This document shows, in pieces, positions 38,078 to 44,343 of a stretch of 44,343 bases of DNA. The stretch is from Lentisphaeria bacterium (GTDB taxonomy: Bacteria > Verrucomicrobiota > Lentisphaeria > Oligosphaerales > MVZH01), in assembly GCA_032251435.1 (NCBI GenBank), contig JAVVEH010000036.1:1-44343 (forward strand), read 5' to 3'. Both the position numbers and the translations under genes were made by a program. The notes beneath the pieces were generated by a model. That model was not told where the DNA came from and did no database searches. It saw only the letters and a list, made by a program, of their open reading frames with translations. Position 1 is the first letter of the stretch; each line of letters begins with the position of its first letter.

Positions 38078-38560
38078 TTATTCATAGACCATGACCGTCA
38101 CTGTTTGCCGGCCCCATTTCACGGCGTCCCCGTGGCGGGGAAAGAAAACATCCAGCCGCCGCGGCCCCTTAATATCTCTCCCGCGGTCCCGGACAACAAC
38201 ATCCCCGTAGCCAGGCACATGCAGACGCGTGCCAAAGGGATAATACGCGGTGTCCGCGGCGGCGACACCTTTTTTGGCCCGACTGCCGTCGGCGCAAACG
38301 CCCACCTCCTTCCGCTCTCCTTTACGCGGTCCGGAGACATGAACCGGTTTCCCCAGCCACGTCCGCCGCCAGCCGCAGCATGTCCCGCAGGAACAATAAG
38401 CGGTCACCTCCATCCGGACCGGCCGTCCCCCTCCATCTGTGCCGGCGCAGCCGTTCAGAAACACAGTCAACCCCGCGGGCATCAGAACAAGAACACAGCG
38501 GCGGAAGAAAACCGTCCATTCACGTGATTCCAGCGTCGGAGAAACCATGCGGTCGTCCAC
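38078..38560 (-). CDS. 3D-domain lipoprotein (MltA-like lytic transglycosylase domain)
   Basis: Lipobox LTVFLNGCAG after a signal peptide. 3D-domain block VTAYCSCGTCCG...VAADTAYYPFGTRLHVPGYGDVVVRDRGRDIKG...LDVFF with the three conserved Asp. True start may be the second Met (38548). Confidence 0.75.
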   Translation of the reverse strand: MDDRMVSPTLESREWTVFFRRCVLVLMPAGLTVFLNGCAGTDGGGRPVRMEVTAYCSCGTCCGWRRTWLGKPVHVSGPRKGERKEVGVCADGSRAKKGVAAADTAYYPFGTRLHVPGYGDVVVRDRGRDIKGPRRLDVFFPRHGDAVKWGRQTVTVMVYE

Positions 38561-38605
38561 CTTTCACAACTGTCACTGATTGGTTCCCCGGCATGACGGG
38601 AGCGT

Positions 38606-38647
38606 GTGACTCGTGACTCGTGACTCGTGACGCGTGACGCGTGAGTC
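38606..38647. repeat. heptanucleotide tandem repeat (GTGACTC x3, GTGACGC x2, GTGAGTC x1)
   Basis: Six contiguous 7-bp units read directly from the sequence. Located between the pilT stop and the start of the 3D-domain lipoprotein gene, i.e. in the latter's promoter region. Confidence 0.85.
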
Positions 38648-38662
38648 GTGGCCTGAACGTCG

Positions 38663-39757
38663 TTAGATAATGCTCCCTTTATCCGCGTTCAGGAAAATAC
38701 CCTGCAAGTTCATCTGCAGAGCTTCCGGGTTCGTCGCGTAATCCAATCCATCCTCCCGGGAGACTTGTTTCGCTTGAATCAAGTTGTAAATCGACCGGTC
38801 AAACGACAGCATGCCATCGTCAGCGCTGGCATTGATCGCGGCGGACAGTTTGTCTGTCCGGTTTTCAGAGATCAACTTGCTGATGATAGGCGTGTTGATC
38901 ATCACCTCGCAGGCCGGCACGCGCTTTTCGGACCCTTTGCACGGCAGCAACCGCTGGCAAATAATGGCCTTCAAATGCCCGGCCAGACTTTTACGCACGA
39001 CTTCCCGTTCACTCTCGGCGTACATATCCAGAATGCGGATAATTGACTGCGAGGCGTCCATCGTGTGCAACGTGGTCAAGACCAAGTGACCGGTCTCCGC
39101 CGCGCTCAGCGCCGTTTCAAAGGTGACCCTGTCCCGCATTTCCCCGATGACAATCACATCCGGATCCTGTCGCAACACATGCCGCAAAGCCGAGGGAAAC
39201 GACACCGTGTCAATCCCGATTTCCCGCTGTTCTATCACACAATTATTGTCGTCAAACGAATATTCGATGGGATCCTCCACCGTGATGATATGACGTTGCT
39301 GGGTGTTGTTCATATGCTCGACCATACAAGCCAGCGTGGTGGATTTCCCTGATCCGGTGATCCCCGTCACGAAGATAATGCCGCGGGCGGTATGGGTCAA
39401 ATCATGAATAATCGCCGGTAAGCCCAGCTCTTCGCGCGGGGGGATTTGGTCTTTCACATGGCGGAGTGTCAAAGCCAGGCGCCCCCGCTCCTGATGCATG
39501 TTCGCGCGGAACCGGCCCACATCGGGCTCTTCAAAACTGAAGTCCGCGTCGCGATTGTCCCGAAACTCCAGAATTTTCTCCTTGGACATGATGTCAGTCA
39601 TCAACTCTTCCATAAACGCCCGGGTGACAAGAAAGTCCACCTCGGCCAGCGTTCCGCCCACCCGGAGGCTCACATTCCGCCCCTCGATGATATGCCAGTC
39701 GGAAGCTTCCCCCACCACTCCCATTTGCAAAATCTCAATTAATTCCGGACTTGGCAT
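38663..39757 (-). CDS. pilT: type IV pilus retraction ATPase PilT family
   Basis: Start taken at MPSPELIEILQMGV, preceded by AAGGAG 8 nt upstream. Walker A GITGSGKSTT, Asp box, Walker B, and the His box typical of PilT/PilU. Confidence 0.9.
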   Translation of the reverse strand: MPSPELIEILQMGVVGEASDWHIIEGRNVSLRVGGTLAEVDFLVTRAFMEELMTDIMSKEKILEFRDNRDADFSFEEPDVGRFRANMHQERGRLALTLRHVKDQIPPREELGLPAIIHDLTHTARGIIFVTGITGSGKSTTLACMVEHMNNTQQRHIITVEDPIEYSFDDNNCVIEQREIGIDTVSFPSALRHVLRQDPDVIVIGEMRDRVTFETALSAAETGHLVLTTLHTMDASQSIIRILDMYAESEREVVRKSLAGHLKAIICQRLLPCKGSEKRVPACEVMINTPIISKLISENRTDKLSAAINASADDGMLSFDRSIYNLIQAKQVSREDGLDYATNPEALQMNLQGIFLNADKGSII

Positions 39758-39855
39758 AAAAACTCCTTGAACATCTGATTGAACATAGGTGCCGAAAAGC
39801 GTGTGGAACAGCGCGGGAAATATACATTCGACCGACGGGCGCGCCAACAATCCGA

Positions 39856-40656
39856 CTAGGGTTTCCGGTAGTATTTCAGCGCTTCAGGAAGCGCTTCCTG
39901 AATCCGTTCGATCCGGGTTTCGTGGGCCGGATGCGTGCTTAAAAGTTCCGGCGGAGATTGACCGGCGGACAGGTCAGACATCCGTTTCCAAAAATCCACC
40001 GCCGCATGCGGATCATAGCCCGCCATGGCCATGAAAATCAGGCCCATCCGATCCGCTTCCGACTCGTGATGCCGACTGTAGGGCAATAACACACCGACAT
40101 TGGCCCCCACGCCATAAGCCGCCAGCCAGGCCGCCTGATTCTCGCTGTCTTTCGTCGCCGCCCCCACGGCGAGGCCGCCAGCCGCGGCCAAAATATTCTG
40201 GCTGTAGCGTTCCGACCCGTGCTTGGCGACCACATGCGCCACCTCATGGGACATCACCACCGCCACGCCCGTCTCATTTTCACAAACGTCCATGATGCCG
40301 GTGTAAAACGCGATTTTTCCGCCCGGCATCGCCCAGGCGTTGGCCTCGTCTTTTTCAAATAAATTATACTCCCACTGGAAATGCTTAATCCGATCCCCCA
40401 TCCCGTTCGCCTTCATATACTCTTCAACCGCCCTAGATATGCGGTCGCCCGCGTTTTTCACCATTGCGGTTTGACCCTTATTGGCGCTGATCGGTGTCGT
40501 ATTCTTCACCTCCTCATATTGGCTGACAGCCATCGTGACCATCTGAGACTCAGGCATGAATGTCAGTTGCGACCGGCCAGTAAGAGGAACCGTCGAGCAT
40601 GACGCGCAGAGGACCGCGAGCGAGACTAAAAGTGGAACAGAATAATATTTTTTCAT
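39856..40656 (-). CDS. M48 family zinc metallopeptidase (lipoprotein)
   Basis: Start at MKKYYSVPLLVSLAVLCASCS (signal/lipobox) with a GGGGG ribosome-binding site. HEVAHVVAKH zincin motif. Confidence 0.8.
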   Translation of the reverse strand: MKKYYSVPLLVSLAVLCASCSTVPLTGRSQLTFMPESQMVTMAVSQYEEVKNTTPISANKGQTAMVKNAGDRISRAVEEYMKANGMGDRIKHFQWEYNLFEKDEANAWAMPGGKIAFYTGIMDVCENETGVAVVMSHEVAHVVAKHGSERYSQNILAAAGGLAVGAATKDSENQAAWLAAYGVGANVGVLLPYSRHHESEADRMGLIFMAMAGYDPHAAVDFWKRMSDLSAGQSPPELLSTHPAHETRIERIQEALPEALKYYRKP

Positions 40657-40816
40657 GACACCCCCATCGGTTTTAACCATTGACTGTCGCAACACCTGTC
40701 CACACCGGCCCGTCACGACCGCCGCCCGGGCCAGAGGCGGTGAGTTTTCACTCTGTCAACTTATCGCCTGCCCGAAAAAAGTAAAGCCCGGTTTTACACC
40801 AGGGGGCGCGGATGGC

Positions 40817-41770
40817 TCATTTTTCCCGCCGGGTTCCCGCGCGTGTCTCCCGTAAAAAATCCGCGTATGTTCGCGTCAACCCTTCCTGAAGCGATATGCG
40901 GGGGTTCCAACCGCTCTTCCGAATGCGGGACGAATCCATGAGCTTACGCATCGTGCCGTCAGGTTTTGAAAGATCAAAATGAATCTCGCCCTGATAGCCG
41001 ACCACCTCAGCCACACGGCGAGCCAGTTCCGCGATCGTGACCTCTTCGCCGCTGCCGACATTCAGCAGCGCGGCTTCCGGGGTCTGGTCCAGGCAATGGG
41101 TCACCGCGCGGGCCAGATCTTCCGTGTGCAGAAATTCCCGCCGCGGCCGCCCCGTCCCCCACAGAGTGACCGCCGCCGCCCGGCTCTCCCTGGCTTCATG
41201 GAAGCGGCGAATGAGAGCCGGAAGAACATGCGAGTTATTCACGTCATAATTATCCCCCGGACCATACAAATTACAGGGCATTAACGCGTAATAATCAACG
41301 CCATATTGGCGCCGGTAATACTCACACAACTTCAATCCCGCGATTTTAGCGACGGCATAGGCCTCATTGGTGCTTTCCAATGGACCAGTCAGCAAATCGT
41401 CTTCCCGGATCGGTTGCGGGGCCTGTTTCGGGTAAATGCACGAACTGCCTAAAAACAGCACCGTGGAAACCCCCGCGCCAAATGATTCATGGATCAAGTT
41501 TAAAGCGATGCTCAGATTGTCCCGCACGAATTCAGCGGGATACATGCTGTTGGCCATAATGCCACCGACTCTGGCGGCGGCGATAATGACCGTGGATGGT
41601 TTTTCCCGCTGTAAAAACGCCCGCGACGCGGCCTGATCAGTCAAATCAAGTTCGGTGCGGGGAACCGTCAACACATCCACTGGCATCCCGCGCAGCCGCT
41701 CTAATACCGCTTGTCCCACCATGCCCCGGTGTCCAGCGAGAAAAATCCGCTCATGCCGACTCTTGTTCAT
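40817..41770 (-). CDS. fcl: GDP-L-fucose synthase
   Basis: 317 aa. N-terminal Rossmann motif IFLAGHRGMVGQA and overall match to GDP-4-keto-6-deoxymannose 3,5-epimerase/4-reductase. Immediately downstream of gmd. Confidence 0.9.
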   Translation of the reverse strand: MNKSRHERIFLAGHRGMVGQAVLERLRGMPVDVLTVPRTELDLTDQAASRAFLQREKPSTVIIAAARVGGIMANSMYPAEFVRDNLSIALNLIHESFGAGVSTVLFLGSSCIYPKQAPQPIREDDLLTGPLESTNEAYAVAKIAGLKLCEYYRRQYGVDYYALMPCNLYGPGDNYDVNNSHVLPALIRRFHEARESRAAAVTLWGTGRPRREFLHTEDLARAVTHCLDQTPEAALLNVGSGEEVTIAELARRVAEVVGYQGEIHFDLSKPDGTMRKLMDSSRIRKSGWNPRISLQEGLTRTYADFLRETRAGTRREK

Positions 41771-41794
41771 ATCGCCCCTTTACATTATCTTTTC

Positions 41795-42808
41795 TTAAAA
41801 ACCGGCCTGGACCGACGCATATTCTTTCCGGGCTTTTTCCAAATCAGCCTCCACCATCATTCGGACCAAGGCTTTGAACGAGACCTTTGGCTGCCAGTCC
41901 AAGGCCTTTTTCGCTTTGGAGGAATCACCCATCAGCAAATCCACCTCCGCCGGCCGTTCATACCGAGTGTCATGCTTCACATAGTCCCGCCAGTCTAAAT
42001 CCAAAAGCGAAAAAGTTTCCTCACAGAACTCCTCCACTGAATGGGTCTCACCGGTGGCGATCACATAGTCATCCGGGTTGTCCTGCTGCACCATTAACCA
42101 CATCGCCTCAACATAATCCCCCGCGAATCCCCAGTCACGCTTGGCGGTCAGATTGCCCAAATGCACATGTTCCTGTAGCCCCAGCTTAATGCGGGTCGCG
42201 GCCCGGGTAATCTTGCGGGTGACAAATGTCTCTCCCCGGCGGGGAGATTCATGATTGAACAAAATCCCGTTACTGGCATGCAAGTTGTAGGCTTCCCGGT
42301 AGTTCACTGTCAGCCAATATGCGTAAACTTTGGCGCAGGCGTAGGGCGACCGAGGCCAGAAAGGTGTGGTTTCCCGCTGCGGAACCTCCTGAACCTTGCC
42401 GAACATCTCCGATGAGGACGCCTGATAAAACCGCGCTTTACGGGTTAAGCCAGTCTCCCGGATCGCTTCCAAAATCCTTCCCGAACTTAGCCCCGTCACG
42501 TCGCCCGTGTATTCCGGAATATCAAAGGACACCCGCACATGACTTTGGGCGCCCAGGTGATAAACTTCATCCGGGTTAAGTTGATAGAGCAACTTCACCA
42601 ATTGCACGGAATCGCTCAAATCCCCGTAATGAAGAGTCAGCGCCCGGTCCCCCGCATGGGGATCCGTGTAGATATGATTGATCCGCCCCGTGTTGAAGGA
42701 CGACGCGCGCCGAATAATCCCGTGCACCTCGTATCCTCTGGCGAGCAAAAACTCGGCCAGATAAGAGCCATCCTGTCCTGTGATACCGGTAATCAATGCC
42801 TTTTTCAT
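41795..42808 (-). CDS. gmd: GDP-mannose 4,6-dehydratase
   Basis: Start at [30 protein letters not shown] (canonical Gmd N-terminus). Catalytic region and C-terminus conserved. The longer 42877 start is rejected. Confidence 0.9.
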   Translation of the reverse strand: MKKALITGITGQDGSYLAEFLLARGYEVHGIIRRASSFNTGRINHIYTDPHAGDRALTLHYGDLSDSVQLVKLLYQLNPDEVYHLGAQSHVRVSFDIPEYTGDVTGLSSGRILEAIRETGLTRKARFYQASSSEMFGKVQEVPQRETTPFWPRSPYACAKVYAYWLTVNYREAYNLHASNGILFNHESPRRGETFVTRKITRAATRIKLGLQEHVHLGNLTAKRDWGFAGDYVEAMWLMVQQDNPDDYVIATGETHSVEEFCEETFSLLDLDWRDYVKHDTRYERPAEVDLLMGDSSKAKKALDWQPKVSFKALVRMMVEADLEKARKEYASVQAGF

Positions 42809-43000
42809 ATGATCAATGATCCCAAATAAACTCTGATGACGCCATTCCAAGCATTTTCCTTGCGTGTTTATGACCAATGTAATGACCCTGGCCGCTCTTG
42901 CATTTTCGTTTTTACGTATATTTTATTTATTAATTTACGCAAAACAAGCCCCGGTTTTCATGTGCGCTCCGCCATCTTACACATCGCCGTTTTATTCGAC

Positions 43001-44107
43001 ATGCAGCTTGACATCGCCACGGCGATTTACCGGGGGGTCACCCGTTACGCGGAGAAACAGGGGAATTGGCAGTTAACCCCTCTGCCCGCCGGACAGGAAA
43101 CCATGCTGCGGAAACTGGCCGAGGATGACCTGCTCGACGGCATCATCGCGGCTTTCGTCAGCGACGGCTGGGCGGCCTCGCTGCCCCGCCATATTCCGAT
43201 GGTCAACACCTCCTCCCTGTCACGGATGTCAACGATGGACAGCGTGACTGTCAATGACCACGCCGTCGGCGAACTGGCGGGCGCGCATTTGGCGGGTGTC
43301 GGTCTCAGCCGCTTCGCCTATGTCGGCGTGCCCGCCGCCGTATATTCACGGGATCGTCGAGCGGGCTTTGACGAGATCGTCAGGCGGCAAGGGCGACAGT
43401 CACCCGTTTCCACCTTTGACTTCAGCCCTGACAAACTCCCGTCGTTAACGCGTTGGCTGGCGGATTTAGCCTGTCCCGCGGGTGTGTTTTGCGCGACCGA
43501 CATGATCGCCAGGCGGGTGGTTGAGTGCTGTCGGGAGCTTGATTTGGCGGTGCCTGGGGATATCGCGGTTCTGGGTGTCGGCTGCGACTCCACCGAATCG
43601 CTGTTGTCCTCTGTTCAGCTTTCCAGCATCATGCTGCCCCACCAACAGGTGGGACAACGGGCCGCCGAGTTATTGGATCAACACCTGAAACATCCCGGAG
43701 GCCAGACAGAAACAGTGTCACTTTCCCCCCTTTATGTCAAGTCGGCGGGTTCCACCGCCCGTGGGGAGACCGGCAAGTCGCTTTCCGCCCGGGCCATGGC
43801 GATATTGTCCGCGGGGTTAAGCGTGGGCATGACCGTGGAAACAGTGGTCAAGCGACTCGGGGTCTCCCGCCGGTCTCTGGAACTGAAATTCCAACGGGAG
43901 ACTGGCGTGAGTCCCTACCGGTGGTTGCAGCGCCAGCGGGTCCGGCGGGCGAAAGAATTGTTGAAAGATCCCGCCTTGACCATCGCCGAGATCGGCGGCC
44001 GCTGCGGTTATCCTGTTCAACAGCAGTTCAGCACTTTTTTCCGCCGTGAAACCGGATTCACTCCGCGGTCTTGGCGGGCCACAAGCCAACCTGACGCGGG
44101 AGGATGA
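43001..44107 (+). CDS. XylR-type transcriptional regulator (periplasmic-binding-protein-like sensor domain + AraC-family HTH)
   Basis: C-terminal AraC HTH (TIAEIGGRCGYPVQQQFSTFFRRETGFTPRSWR). N-terminal LacI/PBP-like sugar-binding fold (GIIAAFVSDG...VGVPAA). Start taken at MQLDIATAIY; the ORF-track start at 42836 would add about 55 residues. Divergent from gmd-fcl. Confidence 0.75.
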   Translation: MQLDIATAIYRGVTRYAEKQGNWQLTPLPAGQETMLRKLAEDDLLDGIIAAFVSDGWAASLPRHIPMVNTSSLSRMSTMDSVTVNDHAVGELAGAHLAGVGLSRFAYVGVPAAVYSRDRRAGFDEIVRRQGRQSPVSTFDFSPDKLPSLTRWLADLACPAGVFCATDMIARRVVECCRELDLAVPGDIAVLGVGCDSTESLLSSVQLSSIMLPHQQVGQRAAELLDQHLKHPGGQTETVSLSPLYVKSAGSTARGETGKSLSARAMAILSAGLSVGMTVETVVKRLGVSRRSLELKFQRETGVSPYRWLQRQRVRRAKELLKDPALTIAEIGGRCGYPVQQQFSTFFRRETGFTPRSWRATSQPDAGG

Positions 44108-44216
44108 TAAATGATAAAGGTGATAAAGAGCAGATAAAGGGACAGATAAAGGGACAGGTTGTTTATAGATTGCATGATAAAGGTGATAAAGGGACAGGTT
44201 GTTTATAGATTGCATG
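44105..44216. repeat. cluster of GATAAAG heptamer repeats plus a 32-bp exact direct duplication
   Basis: GATAAAG/GATAAAT occurs 7 times. GATAAAGGGACAGGTTGTTTATAGATTGCATG occurs at 44145-44176 and again at 44185-44216, separated by ATAAAGGT. Confidence 0.8.
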
Positions 44217-44343
44217 TGAAAAATCATGGGGTATGGTAAGGGAACAGTCTCAGAATCGTGGATTGTTTTATCGGTCTCAAGGAAAAAGAAGTGAAAAGAC
44301 GTGCGGAGGTGACATGATGCGGGCGGCCCGTATGCGTTATGAT

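Overview
This is a GC-rich bacterial chromosomal segment that mixes conserved housekeeping genes with several accessory or structured stretches. No rRNA, tRNA, CRISPR array, transposase or integrase was recognised.

Housekeeping genes, in window order:
- a NuoE/NuoF-like fused flavoprotein (-)
- pheS-pheT (+)
- lnt (+)
- a minus-strand operon: hypothetical 421 aa -> cstA -> hypothetical membrane protein -> Fe-S aldo/keto reductase
- the complete preQ1 pathway, queE-queC-queD (+) converging on queF (-)
- a dcw-cluster fragment mraZ-rsmH-ftsL-ftsI-murE (-) that ends abruptly at murE, with queF translationally coupled to it
- an envelope-related operon: UDPGP-family pyrophosphorylase, small ORF, LpxL-like acyltransferase, orphan OppB/YejB-like permease (+)
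- pilT (-), an M48 peptidase (-), a 3D-domain lipoprotein (-)
- gmd-fcl (-) divergent from a XylR-type AraC regulator (+)

Three stretches look like the most novel content.

1. A co-directional five-gene locus at 28.4-37.8 kb: hypothetical 189 aa, PspA/IM30, a YqiJ/NfeD-like membrane protein, a flotillin (SPFH), and a 1730-aa protein. The giant protein's only recognisable module is a MoxR/AAA_5-like ATPase near its C-terminus. I read this as a candidate undescribed membrane-stress or membrane-remodelling system, or possibly a defence system.

2. A roughly 2.2-kb accessory islet at 8.95-11.14 kb. It carries a COG1373-type AAA+ ATPase (DUF4143-like). It is bounded by two near-identical direct repeats of about 230-290 bp. 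Each repeat ends in a 9-bp tandem array whose copy number differs (about 6 versus about 13 units).

3. A family of small elements with perfect 18-19 bp terminal inverted repeats sharing the core GGCTGTCCCRGAA. One copy sits in the islet and one in the queE leader. Other structured DNA includes a heptamer tandem repeat in a promoter region, a G10 tract, long perfect hairpins, and GATAAAG iteron-like repeats at the window end.

All domain and product calls come from motifs I recognised by eye in the ORF translations. No database search was run.
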